Source of the DNA: Clostridia bacterium | GTDB lineage: Bacteria; Bacillota; Clostridia; Oscillospirales; Acutalibacteraceae | Assembly: GCA_017481865.1 (NCBI GenBank) | Contig: JAFUOL010000002.1 | Location: forward strand, 161 to 64,160 | Direction of reading: 5' to 3' | DNA length: 64,000 nucleotides | In this document: piece after piece, positions 37,034 to 46,612 of the stretch | Layout of the letters: the number at the start of each line of letters is the position of its first letter | Position numbering within the stretch: the first letter of the stretch is position 1 | Position numbers and translations under genes: made by a program | Notes under the pieces: generated by a model | The model's input: the letters and a program-made list of their open reading frames with translations, nothing else | The model's database searches: none | What the model was told of the DNA's origin: nothing

Positions 37034-38315
37034 TGTGATTTTCCTCTTTTTTTAAATATTTAATTGCATTGCTTGATAAAAAAATTATGGACGGCAGATT
37101 TATACACATCATAATTCCGTTGAAAAAAGCCGATAAATCCCACGCCAATTTAACATTGGCAAGAGCCCCTGCAAGACAACCTAATGGGTAGAGCTTTAGA
37201 AAAATCTTTTCTCCCTTTTTGCCGAACAAAAAACCTACACAAATACTTCCGTATACCGCCCAGCCGATAATGCTTGAAAAGGCAAAAAGGCATAGCATTA
37301 CCGATATTATAGGTGCTGCCAAATTACCGAAAACCTGTGACAAAGCCGACACCACTAATTCCGAGGATGATGCCGTACCGTAAGTAATAGTAACTCCGCT
37401 GCAAAGGACGGCAAGGGCTGTAAGGGTGCATAAAAGTATTGTATCTACAAAGACCTCGAAAATACCGAATAATCCTTGGGTTTTAGGGTCTGCATCATAG
37501 GCGGCGGCATGCGCCATAGCCGAAGTGCCAAGCCCTGCCTCGTTGGAGAAAACTCCCCTTTGAGCGCCTATAAGCGCCGCTGTCATAACAGAGCCTACCG
37601 CTCCGCCTGTGACGGCTTTAGGAGAAAAAGCCCCCTCTATTATCATTTTAAAGGCTTGGGGCAAAAAGTCAATATTTAAAATTACCGTACTAAGGCTTAA
37701 AATTACATAAAGCACCGACATTACGGGTACTATTTTTTCGGTAATCACACCTATTCGCTTTATTCCGCCTGTTATTGCTGCATAGGTAAGAAGTGTGAAA
37801 ATTATTCCTGCAACAATTTTTACTGTTCTGCCGCCGCCTAAGGATAGCACCGCCGCATTAGACTGTGTTATATTGCCGCTACAGAACACCGCCGGAACAG
37901 AAGCAATACAAAAGGCTGCGGCCAACGGCTTTAAAGCCTTCGGCTGACCTTTTTTTATGTAGTACATGGGACCTCCCATAACAGCGCCGTCCCTTTTTTC
38001 TCGGTAGCTTACCGCTAATATTATCTCCGCCGCCTTTACGCACATTCCCGCAACCCCGCTTACCCACATCCAGAATATCGCCCCTGCTCCGCCTATGGAT
38101 AATGCCCCTGCAATACCTGCAATATTTCCCGTGCCTACCGTAGCCGAAAGGGCGGTACAAGCCGCCTGATAAGAGTTTATTCCCTCACCTTGTTTTTTAG
38201 AGTGTAGGGCTTTAGCCATAAACCGTATAGAGTCGGGAAAACGGGTTATTTGGGAAAAACGGCTTTTAACAGATAAATAAATTCCGCAAAGTAAAAGCAG
38301 GGTAAAGGGCAGCAT
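36957..38315 (-). CDS. Alanine/glycine:cation symporter (AGCS family); N-terminal boundary uncertain
   Basis: SYQAACTALSATVGTGNIAGIAGA and GVFSNEAGLGTSAMAHAAA. The 3' end overlaps the peptidase gene by 77 nt. About 28 in-frame sense codons upstream of ATG 38315 contain no ATG/GTG/TTG. Confidence 0.85.
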   Translation of the reverse strand: MLPFTLLLLCGIYLSVKSRFSQITRFPDSIRFMAKALHSKKQGEGINSYQAACTALSATVGTGNIAGIAGALSIGGAGAIFWMWVSGVAGMCVKAAEIILAVSYREKRDGAVMGGPMYYIKKGQPKALKPLAAAFCIASVPAVFCSGNITQSNAAVLSLGGGRTVKIVAGIIFTLLTYAAITGGIKRIGVITEKIVPVMSVLYVILSLSTVILNIDFLPQAFKMIIEGAFSPKAVTGGAVGSVMTAALIGAQRGVFSNEAGLGTSAMAHAAAYDADPKTQGLFGIFEVFVDTILLCTLTALAVLCSGVTITYGTASSSELVVSALSQVFGNLAAPIISVMLCLFAFSSIIGWAVYGSICVGFLFGKKGEKIFLKLYPLGCLAGALANVKLAWDLSAFFNGIMMCINLPSIIFLSSNAIKYLKKEENHNVSGKNNGFKQYFRGRSGGAYNKRC

Positions 38316-38403
38316 ACCCGAAATTAAGCTTATAACAAAATCAATGAAATTTTTAATAATATCACTTCCCTTAAATATTTTATTACATAGCCAATTTTTT
38401 ATG

Positions 38404-38432
38404 TTGTTAAATTTAAAAAAGTGTTGTATAAT
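38404..38432 (+). promoter_or_regulatory. Sigma-A promoter for the cysteine desulfurase-thiI operon
   Basis: TTGTTA (38404-38409), 17-nt spacer, TATAAT (38427-38432). Confidence 0.5.
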
Positions 38433-38473
38433 GAAAATGTATTATTATATTTGGAAGTGTAAAGTGCAGAAAC

Positions 38474-39604
38474 ATGGTTTATCTTGATAACAGCGCAACC
38501 ACAAAGCCTTCAAAAAAGGCGGTTGAATATATAAATAATGCTTTAAATAATACTTGGGGCAATCCGTCATCCTTGCATAGCTTGGGTATGGAGGCTGAAA
38601 TGCTTGTATCCGATGCTCGTAAGACCGTTGCAAAATCCATAGGTGCGGCGGATAATGAAATAATTTTTACAGGTAGCGGCACCGAGGCTAACAATACAGC
38701 AATAATGTCGGCTTTTTACAAAAAGAGCATGGGCAATAAAATTATCACCACTAAAATAGAGCATCCGTCGGTACTGAATACCGTAAAAAGACTTGAGGAT
38801 GAGGGTTTCGAGGTTGTCCGTCTCGGCATAGACACAGATGGTAAAATATCTTTAGAGGAGCTGGAAAAGAATCTTGACAACAGAACAGTTCTTGTAAGCA
38901 TAATGCTCGTCAATAACGAAATCGGCACTGTTCAGCCTATAGCCGAGTCTTCAAATTTGATTAAAAAACTCTCCCCAAGGGCATTATTTCATTGCGATGC
39001 CGTGCAGGGCTACGGTAAAATACCTATAAATGTTAAAACGCTGGGCATAGACCTTTTAACCGCCAGCGGTCATAAAATTCACGGACCGAAAGGAATAGGC
39101 TTTTTGTACTGCAAAAAGGGTGTGGCTATTCGTCCGTTTATAACGGGCGGCGGTCAGGAAAGGGGAATGCGCTCGGGTACAGAGCCGACCCCACTCATTG
39201 CAGGTCTTATGGGAGCGGTAGAGGATTTACCCGATATTAAGAGGCAGTATGAACAAACACGTGAATTAAGGGACTATGCTGTAAATGTTTTTCAAAATTC
39301 GGGCTTTATAAAAATAAATTCCCCGCTTGACGCTTGTCCCTTTATACTAAATATTTCGGTTACAGGCTACCGTTCGGAAACCTTACTTCATTTTTTAGAG
39401 GCTAAGGGGATTTATGTTTCCTCGGGCAGCGCCTGTGCTAAAGGGGAGCAGAGCTATGTGCTGTCGGCATTGGGACTGAATAAAAGTCACAGCGATTCGG
39501 CGCTAAGGCTTAGCTTTTCAAGAGATAATACTAAGGAGGATATTGATTTCACCCTTGAAGCCTTAAAAGAGGCAGTTTCAAGGCTGAGACGTTCAAATAT
39601 ATGA
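38474..39604 (+). CDS. Cysteine desulfurase (NifS/NifZ/IscS class)
   Basis: VYLDNSATT, PLP-lysine SGHKIHGPKG, active-site SSGSACAKGE. Overlaps thiI by 4 nt. Confidence 0.9.
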   Translation: MVYLDNSATTKPSKKAVEYINNALNNTWGNPSSLHSLGMEAEMLVSDARKTVAKSIGAADNEIIFTGSGTEANNTAIMSAFYKKSMGNKIITTKIEHPSVLNTVKRLEDEGFEVVRLGIDTDGKISLEELEKNLDNRTVLVSIMLVNNEIGTVQPIAESSNLIKKLSPRALFHCDAVQGYGKIPINVKTLGIDLLTASGHKIHGPKGIGFLYCKKGVAIRPFITGGGQERGMRSGTEPTPLIAGLMGAVEDLPDIKRQYEQTRELRDYAVNVFQNSGFIKINSPLDACPFILNISVTGYRSETLLHFLEAKGIYVSSGSACAKGEQSYVLSALGLNKSHSDSALRLSFSRDNTKEDIDFTLEALKEAVSRLRRSNI

Positions 39605-40770
39605 AAGAAATAATACTTATTAAAAACGGCGAGTTGGCTCTAAAGGGTCTTAACCGCAGTAATTTTGAGGATGCTCTTATCAAAAATATGAAACGCCGCT
39701 TAAAGGATTTAGGCGAGATTACAATTCGTAAGGCGCAGTCTACTATTTATGTAGAGCCTAAAAGTGACGATTTCGATTTTGAGGAGGCTCTCGACCGTGT
39801 AAGCCGTATATTCGGTATTGCAGGCTTCAGCCGAGCCTGTGTATGCGAAAAGGATATAGACGATATACTCACAAAATCGGTTGAATATTTAAGGGAAAGT
39901 ATGGCAAATATAAAAACGTTCAAGGTAGAGGCAAAGCGTGCCGATAAGAATTTCCCTTTAACCTCTCCTGAAATTTGCCGTGAGCTTGGCGGAAAGCTTT
40001 TATCAGCCTATCCCCACCTTAAAGTAGATGTTCACAATCCCGACAGGGTGGTAAATGTTGAAATAAGGGACTATGGCGCATATGTAAGAGCAGAGCAGCT
40101 ACACGGTGCAGGGGGACTGCCTGTTGGAACGGCAGGCGTAGCATCTATCCTTATTTCGGGCGGTATTGACAGTCCCGTAGCCGCATGGACAATGGCTAAA
40201 AGGGGACTTCGTCTTAACGCAATACATTTTGCAAGCCCTCCGTATACCAGTGCAAGAGCCGAAATGAAGGTAAAAACCCTTTTATCTAAGGTGGCTCGCT
40301 ACAGCGGAAGTATAAATTTAGCAATAGTACCCTTTACCGAAATTCAGGACGAGATTGCAAAGCATTGCCCTGAGGATTATTTCACCCTTATAATGCGCCG
40401 TATGATGATGCGTATTTCGGAAAGGCTTGCCCGTAAGGAGGGTAGTCTTGCGCTTATAACAGGAGAGAGCTTGGGTCAGGTTGCAAGTCAGACCTTGCCT
40501 GCACTTGTTACTACCGACAGCGTTTGCAATATGCCCGTACTTCGTCCTTTAATCGGTATGGACAAGGAGGAAATTGTAAGGATCTCCCGAAATATTGATA
40601 CCTTTGAAACCTCTATTTTGCCTTATGAGGATTGCTGTACCGTGTTTACCCCGAAGCACCCCAAAACAAGACCTACCTTAGAGCTTTGCGAACAGGCAGA
40701 GGCAGACCTTGCTATTGAGGAACTGATAGAAAAGGCAATAAGCGAAACCTCATACACCTATATTGACTGA
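39601..40770 (+). CDS. thiI: tRNA 4-thiouridine(8) synthase
   Basis: THUMP-like N-terminus and PP-loop SGGIDSPVAAW. Confidence 0.92.
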   Translation: MKEIILIKNGELALKGLNRSNFEDALIKNMKRRLKDLGEITIRKAQSTIYVEPKSDDFDFEEALDRVSRIFGIAGFSRACVCEKDIDDILTKSVEYLRESMANIKTFKVEAKRADKNFPLTSPEICRELGGKLLSAYPHLKVDVHNPDRVVNVEIRDYGAYVRAEQLHGAGGLPVGTAGVASILISGGIDSPVAAWTMAKRGLRLNAIHFASPPYTSARAEMKVKTLLSKVARYSGSINLAIVPFTEIQDEIAKHCPEDYFTLIMRRMMMRISERLARKEGSLALITGESLGQVASQTLPALVTTDSVCNMPVLRPLIGMDKEEIVRISRNIDTFETSILPYEDCCTVFTPKHPKTRPTLELCEQAEADLAIEELIEKAISETSYTYID

Positions 40771-40784
40771 AAGGAACGCTTTAT

Positions 40785-41276
40785 TTGATAAACCGTGAAC
40801 TTTTTAAAAAAGCAGAAGAAACCGTAGAAAATCTTAAAGCTAAGGGACTAACCGTAGCCACGGCAGAATCCTGTACGGGAGGAATGGTATCCTCCTTTAT
40901 CACCTCGGTTTCGGGTGTTTCGGAGGTTTTCGAATTAGGTATAACCTCCTATTCCTGCCGTATTAAAAATCAGATTTTGGGTGTAGATAATAAGACTCTT
41001 GAATCCAAAGGGGCTATAAGTGAGGAGACTGCCCGTCAAATGGCGGAAAATGTGCGGAAAATGGCAGGCTCCGATTTAGGAGTATCGGTCACAGGTGCGG
41101 CAGGTCCCAAGGGCAGCGAGGGGCACCCTGCCGGATATGTTTTTATCGCTGTTTCTGGTGAAAAGGGGACCGAAGTAAAGCTTTTAAACCTCGACCCTGT
41201 AAGCCGAAATGCTGTAAGAGAAGCGGCTGTTTTCAGCCTTTTTCAGTTGATAGACCAATATATAAAGGATATTTAA
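40785..41276 (+). CDS. CinA C-terminal-domain protein (PncC-type nicotinamide-nucleotide amidohydrolase)
   Basis: TVATAESCTGGMVSS motif; TTG start with AAAGGAA SD; 163 aa. Confidence 0.85.
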   Translation: MINRELFKKAEETVENLKAKGLTVATAESCTGGMVSSFITSVSGVSEVFELGITSYSCRIKNQILGVDNKTLESKGAISEETARQMAENVRKMAGSDLGVSVTGAAGPKGSEGHPAGYVFIAVSGEKGTEVKLLNLDPVSRNAVREAAVFSLFQLIDQYIKDI

Positions 41277-41277
41277 T

Positions 41278-42216
41278 ATGAGTCGTTACAAAGAAAGTAA
41301 TTTTTTTAAGGATTTTTTTCGTTCGTACATTCCTAATAAAAGGGATAATTTAAAACAGATTATAATTAAGGTTTTGTTTATTGTTTCGTTTGTAGGTCTG
41401 GTGGTTTCAGCGGTTTACATCGGCGACTACTTTATAACCGCCGACCGTGAGGCTTCGGTTATTGAGGACAGCCGTCAGGTCTGGCACAGTAATGATATCG
41501 AAACCGATACGAAGACCAATATTAAGGATACCGACCCTTACCAAGAGCTTTTAGCCCAAAACAGCGATTTTAAGGGCTGGATAACTATTGACGGAACTCA
41601 GGTGGACAATCCTGTTTACCAAACCGATGATAACAGCTTTTACCTCAACCATAATCAGGAAAAGAAAAGCAGTGCCTACGGAGCCTTGTTTATCGATTAT
41701 CAAAACACAGTTACCGAAACTCAGGTTGACCGAAATATAGTTATTTACGGTCACGAAATGAAGAACGGCTCTATGTTCGGCAGTCTTAAAAAGCTGAAAA
41801 ATTTAAGCTTTTATAAGGAGCATTCTACTATAGAGTTTACCTTGTTGGGTGAGAAAGCCACCTATAAAATATATTCGATATTTATTCTCAATGCAGCCCG
41901 TGAGGATGACGGTGGCTACATATATAATATTTCAAGGCAGAACTTTATCGACCAAAGTGATTTTGATGCGTGGGTTGATGAAGCCTATGACCGCAGTATT
42001 ATTGATACCGGTGTAGATGTTGAGCCTGCGGACGATATTTTGACCCTCGTTACCTGCTCGGAGGATTTCGAGAACGCAAGGCTTGTAGTTATGGCGAGAA
42101 AATTAAGGTCGGGTGAGGATAATACCCCACTCAATAATGCGGCGCACACAAACCCCAACCCCACATATCCCCAAAAGTGGTATGATGAACGGGGAATAAA
42201 AAGAGAGGAAGAATAG
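41278..42216 (+). CDS. srtB: Class B sortase
   Basis: N-terminal TM; NSDFKGWITIDGTQVDNPVYQ, catalytic YGHEM, LVTCS, RLVVMAR. Confidence 0.85.
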   Translation: MSRYKESNFFKDFFRSYIPNKRDNLKQIIIKVLFIVSFVGLVVSAVYIGDYFITADREASVIEDSRQVWHSNDIETDTKTNIKDTDPYQELLAQNSDFKGWITIDGTQVDNPVYQTDDNSFYLNHNQEKKSSAYGALFIDYQNTVTETQVDRNIVIYGHEMKNGSMFGSLKKLKNLSFYKEHSTIEFTLLGEKATYKIYSIFILNAAREDDGGYIYNISRQNFIDQSDFDAWVDEAYDRSIIDTGVDVEPADDILTLVTCSEDFENARLVVMARKLRSGEDNTPLNNAAHTNPNPTYPQKWYDERGIKREEE

Positions 42217-42217
42217 C

Positions 42218-43315
42218 ATGTTTCAGAACATAAAGGTTGATATTATTTATTATAAGACTAATACGGATTTTGAAATGGAATTTAATCTCTGCGGCTGTTG
42301 CAGAATGAGGCTTCTTACCGATAAAGCGCCCGATAAAAAGACCCTTGTACATTCTCTTGCAAGGGCGGTTTCCCGTAGCCGTGTTATAATTATAGTCGGT
42401 AACCTTTTCGGCGAAGAAGGTGTAATAAGCCTTGCCGCAGGGGCTGTAGGCAGTAAGCTTTCAAAAGCCGATAATAAAACCTACGGAATTTCGGGAAATG
42501 ATGAAATTGAAATTATAAGCGGTTCTACTCCTCTTGTTACTCCCGAGGGGTATTTCGGCGGCTGTATTATCGAAAAGGGTCCCCAGACTATGATACTGCT
42601 GTCCGACAGTAAGAGCATCCGTAAAACGGTTATGAAAACCCTTATTCATCCTTATATTGAGGAGCTTTGTGCTATCGAGCTTAAGGAAAAGGCGGCATCT
42701 GCCACTCCTACTGAGGAAATCCACGAGAACCCCGAGCCTATAGTACAAGCCGCACCTGAAACAGAGGACGAGCCTGTACCCGAGGTAACGCCCGAAACCG
42801 CAGACACGGCAGAGGAAATTGACTTTGTAATGCAGGACCCTGCCGAGGATGTTGCGGACGAGAATGCCGCAATAGAGCATGAGGGTGAGATTTATGATTT
42901 CGTAATGGAGGAGGACACTGACGAGGACGAAACGGCAGGAGAGGAAACCGTAGAGCTCCTTACTGATGTGGACGAGGATTACGAAATTGATATGGTAAAT
43001 TCGGGCACGGATATATTCTCTGAGGATGACGGTATTTTTGAAAGCTCACCCCTATTAGTTGATACTGACGATACGGGTGACGGGGATTACTACGAAGCAG
43101 AGGAAACGCTTGAGGGGCTTTTACCGGAGGACGAGCAGTTATACGAAAAACGCTTCGGTGTTCACGGTGCATTCAGCCTGCCGATACTTATAGTTTCGGT
43201 TTTAATTGTTCTTTTGTTGGCGGTTCTTTGCTACTGCATATTCTATGTTCCATCTAAGGACGGTGTTTCCGCCGTAGCCTTTATAAAAGAAACCTTCAAT
43301 ACACTTTTTGGGTAA
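42218..43315 (+). CDS. Hypothetical tail-anchored protein with a long Asp/Glu-rich region
   Basis: The N-terminal ~160 aa weakly resemble a CinA N-terminal (MoCF-type) domain (PEGYFGGCIIEKGPQTMILLSD). About 135 aa are acidic low-complexity. C-terminal TM FSLPILIVSVLIVLLLAVLCYCIF. Confidence 0.6.
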   Translation: MFQNIKVDIIYYKTNTDFEMEFNLCGCCRMRLLTDKAPDKKTLVHSLARAVSRSRVIIIVGNLFGEEGVISLAAGAVGSKLSKADNKTYGISGNDEIEIISGSTPLVTPEGYFGGCIIEKGPQTMILLSDSKSIRKTVMKTLIHPYIEELCAIELKEKAASATPTEEIHENPEPIVQAAPETEDEPVPEVTPETADTAEEIDFVMQDPAEDVADENAAIEHEGEIYDFVMEEDTDEDETAGEETVELLTDVDEDYEIDMVNSGTDIFSEDDGIFESSPLLVDTDDTGDGDYYEAEETLEGLLPEDEQLYEKRFGVHGAFSLPILIVSVLIVLLLAVLCYCIFYVPSKDGVSAVAFIKETFNTLFG

Positions 43316-43316
43316 A

Positions 43317-43357
43317 ATAAAAGGTACTGATCATTTAAAATCAGTACCTTATTTTTA
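43317..43357. terminator. Bidirectional terminator between the acidic-protein gene and convergent mtaB
   Basis: AAGGTACTGA tcatttaaaa TCAGTACCTT followed by ATTTTTAT. Confidence 0.8.
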
Positions 43358-44641
43358 TATGATTTCGCCTGTACAGTAATCCTTTTCGGCGGAAATAAGC
43401 CTTACATTAAGTATTTCACCTGTGTGTGGATTATCTGTGAGAACATGAACGGGTGTGTAGTTGGGAGTGTAGCCCTTTGCGATGCTGTCGGCTGCAGTTT
43501 CAAACAAAACAGGCACAGTAGAACCGATTTGTTTTTTTAAAAACTGAGCTTCACACTCTGCGGCGGCGGCAAGCATAAGTCGGCTACGTCGTGTTTTCTC
43601 CGCTCGGGATATCTGGTCGGGAAGCCCGTAGGCTACCGTTCCCTTTCGGCGTGAGTATGCAAAAACATGAGATTTTGCAAAGCCTATGCTTTTAAGGTAG
43701 TTAAGGCTTTCCTGAAACTCCTCCTCGGTTTCACCTGCAAAGCCAACCATAATATCTGTAGTAATTGATGCATCGGGGAACATTTTGCGGATACGTACCG
43801 CAAGGTCGGTGTAAAAGGCGGTATCGTAATGGCGGTTCATGCGTTTAAGGGTTCTGTCACAGCCTGACTGCAAAGATAAATGGAACTGGGGACAGAATTT
43901 ATCCTGATTTTTAAAGCGGCTGAGCATTTCGTCACTTATATGGTCGGGCTCTAATGAACCTAAGCGCACCCTTTTAATACCCTCAACACCGCAAATAGCC
44001 TCCACCGCATCGCAAAGGTTAAGACCGAACTCCCTGCCGTAGGAGGAAAGATTTATTCCTACAAGCACTATTTCCGAAAAGCCCGAACGGCTTAAATTTT
44101 CGGCTTCGGTTGCTATTTCCTCTATGGGCTTTGAACGCACGGCGCCTCGGGCGGTAGGAATAATGCAATAACTGCAATATCTATCGCACCCGTCCTGAAT
44201 TTTCATGTAAGCCCTTGTTCTTTCGGCAAAGTTATTTATTGACGGGGTGTTGAACCGCTCCTTTTTGGTGTGTGGTGCGACCTCGATTATCTTTTCCCCG
44301 TCCAAAGCAAATTTTTCCACAAGGCGGACGATTTTCTCGATATCGGTATTTCCTGCAATGATATCGGCATCCTCTAATGCGGCGGATTCTTTAGAAAAAG
44401 CCTGTGCCATACAGCCCGTAAGTACTATTATCGCTGTAGTATTTTCCCTGCGCACCCTCCTTAAAATCTGACGGGTCTTACGGTCGCTTTCCGCTGTTAC
44501 GGTGCAGGAATTTATAACCGCTGCGTCAAAGGGCTCACCATCTGCGGCGGCTTCATGCCCTTCCCCTATAAAGGCTTCACGCATGGCCTCGGTTTCATAC
44601 TGATTAACTTTACAACCTAAAGTGTAAAAGGCTATTCTCAT
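43355..44641 (-). CDS. mtaB: tRNA t6A37 methylthiotransferase (MtaB type)
   Basis: TLGCKVNQYE N-terminal cluster, radical SAM CDRYCSYC, TRAM-like C-terminus. Confidence 0.85.
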   Translation of the reverse strand: MRIAFYTLGCKVNQYETEAMREAFIGEGHEAAADGEPFDAAVINSCTVTAESDRKTRQILRRVRRENTTAIIVLTGCMAQAFSKESAALEDADIIAGNTDIEKIVRLVEKFALDGEKIIEVAPHTKKERFNTPSINNFAERTRAYMKIQDGCDRYCSYCIIPTARGAVRSKPIEEIATEAENLSRSGFSEIVLVGINLSSYGREFGLNLCDAVEAICGVEGIKRVRLGSLEPDHISDEMLSRFKNQDKFCPQFHLSLQSGCDRTLKRMNRHYDTAFYTDLAVRIRKMFPDASITTDIMVGFAGETEEEFQESLNYLKSIGFAKSHVFAYSRRKGTVAYGLPDQISRAEKTRRSRLMLAAAAECEAQFLKKQIGSTVPVLFETAADSIAKGYTPNYTPVHVLTDNPHTGEILNVRLISAEKDYCTGEII

Positions 44642-44658
44642 AAATTACTCCTAAATTT

Positions 44659-44682
44659 CAGGGAGGGATTTCTCCCTCCCTG
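44659..44682. other. Perfect 10-bp GC-rich hairpin between the S-component gene and mtaB
   Basis: CAGGGAGGGA tttc TCCCTCCCTG. No T-run in the minus (transcribed) orientation. Confidence 0.5.
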
Positions 44683-44685
44683 TTT

Positions 44686-45267
44686 TTATTTTTTATTTTT
44701 TATATTAAGTACTCTTACAATTACGGGACTAAGTATAATATTGGAGGCAAGCTCAAATAAGAAATTGCCGCCTACAAGTCCTAAGAACATATACTCTAAT
44801 GTTCCGCCAAATCCTAAAGCTGCTCCCCATTCGGCTACGGTGTCCATGAAAAATATTACGCAGCCCAGTAAAAAAACACCTGTGTTAACTATCGGGCAAA
44901 CAACAGCCGCCGCAATAACCGCTAAGTAACGGTTGTATTTTTCGAGTAGCTTGTAAATAAGTCCTGCCGCCAGACCGCATGCGGCGCCTTTAAGCAAAAC
45001 CGTAACTATTGTTCCGAATACATTCACCGCCAAAAATGCCGATGCGTCTCCGCTTATAAGAACAACTACGCCGAATATAAATCCCAACCATGTTCCGATT
45101 TTAACTCCGCAGGTTGCCGCACCTATAACTATAGGTATCAGCACAAGGGAGATTGCGAAGGGTCCGAAACGGATGAACGAGCCCATGAACTGCAATATGA
45201 CTACAAGCGCCGTCAGTATTGCTCCAAGCACTAAAACTTGGGTTTGCTTTTTTCTTTCGTTTGACAT
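44686..45267 (-). CDS. ECF transporter S component (PanT-like by context with coaX; FolT-like not excluded)
   Basis: 193 aa with 6 TM helices; KKQTQVLVLGAILTALVVILQFMG N-terminus; downstream of coaX. Confidence 0.65.
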   Translation of the reverse strand: MSNERKKQTQVLVLGAILTALVVILQFMGSFIRFGPFAISLVLIPIVIGAATCGVKIGTWLGFIFGVVVLISGDASAFLAVNVFGTIVTVLLKGAACGLAAGLIYKLLEKYNRYLAVIAAAVVCPIVNTGVFLLGCVIFFMDTVAEWGAALGFGGTLEYMFLGLVGGNFLFELASNIILSPVIVRVLNIKNKK

Positions 45268-45364
45268 AAAAATTACCTCCGATGGTGTCCTTATAGGTAC
45301 ACCTCATAATAATATATGCAAGCTAAATAGCCGTAGGGCTATTTAGATATTGCCTGTCAATTAT

Positions 45365-46129
45365 TTAATTGTTCTTTTCGTATATTGCACGAAGTCCCTC
45401 TAAAAGGAGGTTTTCGTTATAGATTATATTTCTTTTGCAGTGAGCTATTACTTCTTTAGAAAGACCTCCTGTGGCTACTACGGTGGGAGTTTCTCCAAGC
45501 TCAGCTTCGATTTTATCAAGCAGACCGTCAAGCATAGCGGCAGTGCCGAAAACCAGTCCCGACTGCATACTTTCCACGGTATTAGCCCCTATAACAGAAT
45601 CGGGAGCCTCAATTGGAATGGAGGTTAGCTGTGCAGTGTTTTCGGTAAGAGCCTTTAAAGTAAGCCTTACACCGGCTGCTATAACTCCGCCTAAAAAGCA
45701 ACCGTTTCTGTCCAGCACACTCAATGTAGAGGCGGTGCCCATGTCGATAATAACGCAAGGCATTGTGTAAGAGTCCAGCGCACCTACAGCTCCTGCTACA
45801 AGGTCGGCACCTAACTGTGCCGGATTATCGATTTTAATATTAAGCCCTGTTTTAACTCCCGGACCTAACATTAAAGGGACGATATGGCAAAGCTTTGATA
45901 CTGCATTGCTGACACTTTTACCCACCGTCGGCACTACCGAGGAAATAATGGCATCCTCAATATCCGCCGACTCGATGCCGTAAAGGGACAGGAGATTTTT
46001 TATCTCTACCGCATACTGGTCATCGGTCTTTCGCTGTTCTGTAGCAAGGCGGGCGGTAAAGGAAAGTACACTGCCGTCATAAGCGCCTAATGTAACATTG
46101 GTGTTACCTATATCAATAGTAAGCAGCAT
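45365..46129 (-). CDS. coaX: Type III pantothenate kinase
   Basis: LLTIDIGNTNVTLG; ASKHA fold motifs; 254 aa. Confidence 0.92.
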   Translation of the reverse strand: MLLTIDIGNTNVTLGAYDGSVLSFTARLATEQRKTDDQYAVEIKNLLSLYGIESADIEDAIISSVVPTVGKSVSNAVSKLCHIVPLMLGPGVKTGLNIKIDNPAQLGADLVAGAVGALDSYTMPCVIIDMGTASTLSVLDRNGCFLGGVIAAGVRLTLKALTENTAQLTSIPIEAPDSVIGANTVESMQSGLVFGTAAMLDGLLDKIEAELGETPTVVATGGLSKEVIAHCKRNIIYNENLLLEGLRAIYEKNN

Positions 46130-46197
46130 AAATCATCATTCCTTTCAGTATCTATATAATCATTATAATGAATTTTATAGAAAAATCAACAATTTTA

Positions 46198-46226
46198 TTG
46201 ACAAGCCGCAAAAAACTTGATATAAT
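46198..46226 (+). promoter_or_regulatory. Consensus sigma-A promoter for rpsF-ssb-rpsR
   Basis: TTGACA (46198-46203), 17-nt spacer, TATAAT (46221-46226). Confidence 0.7.
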
Positions 46227-46232
46227 AACGGT

Positions 46233-46317
46233 TGCTAAATGGAAAAGTATGCTTTTCTTTAGCTCCTTGCTCTGATAAAGTGTCAGAGCCAAAAGTCCAG
46301 AAGGAGGTGCAAAGTAA
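46233..46317 (+). promoter_or_regulatory. rpsF 5' leader with hairpin; possible S6:S18 autoregulatory element
   Basis: 85-nt leader containing the CTCTGA taaagt GTCAGAG hairpin just upstream of the GGAGG SD. Assignment is by position only. Confidence 0.35.
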
Positions 46318-46599
46318 ATGACCAACAAGTATGAGGCTGGTGTTATTTTCTCTGTAGCAAACGGTGAAGAAGCTACCGTAGCTTTAAAGGAGAAGATCAA
46401 CGACCTTATTGCTAAAAACGGTACCATTGAAAGCGTTGATGATTGGGGCAAGCGCCGTCTTGCTTATCTTATCAATGACGAGGCTGAGGGTTACTACGTT
46501 TTCTACAATTTTGAAAGCGAGCCTAATTTCCCTGCAGAGCTTGAGCGTATCGTAAAGATTACCGACGGTGTTCTTCGTGTTATGGTAATCAAGAAGTAA
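46318..46599 (+). CDS. rpsF: 30S ribosomal protein S6
   Basis: 93 aa; WGKRRLAYLI motif; rpsF-ssb-rpsR gene order. Confidence 0.95.
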   Translation: MTNKYEAGVIFSVANGEEATVALKEKINDLIAKNGTIESVDDWGKRRLAYLINDEAEGYYVFYNFESEPNFPAELERIVKITDGVLRVMVIKK

Positions 46600-46612
46600 T
46601 GGAGGTAAAAAG

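Noticed and set aside
38316-38473. Glycine riboswitch or T-box upstream of the alanine/glycine symporter
   Set aside because: The spacer is only about 160 nt and very AT-rich. It is shared with the divergent desulfurase promoter and shows none of the conserved glycine-aptamer or T-box specifier/T-box sequence features.
42218-43315. Acidic tail-anchored protein as the substrate of the adjacent class B sortase
   Set aside because: No LPXTG, NPQTN or (S/P)PKTG-like motif precedes the C-terminal hydrophobic segment, and a further ~25 non-basic residues follow the helix. This is unlike a cell-wall sorting signal.
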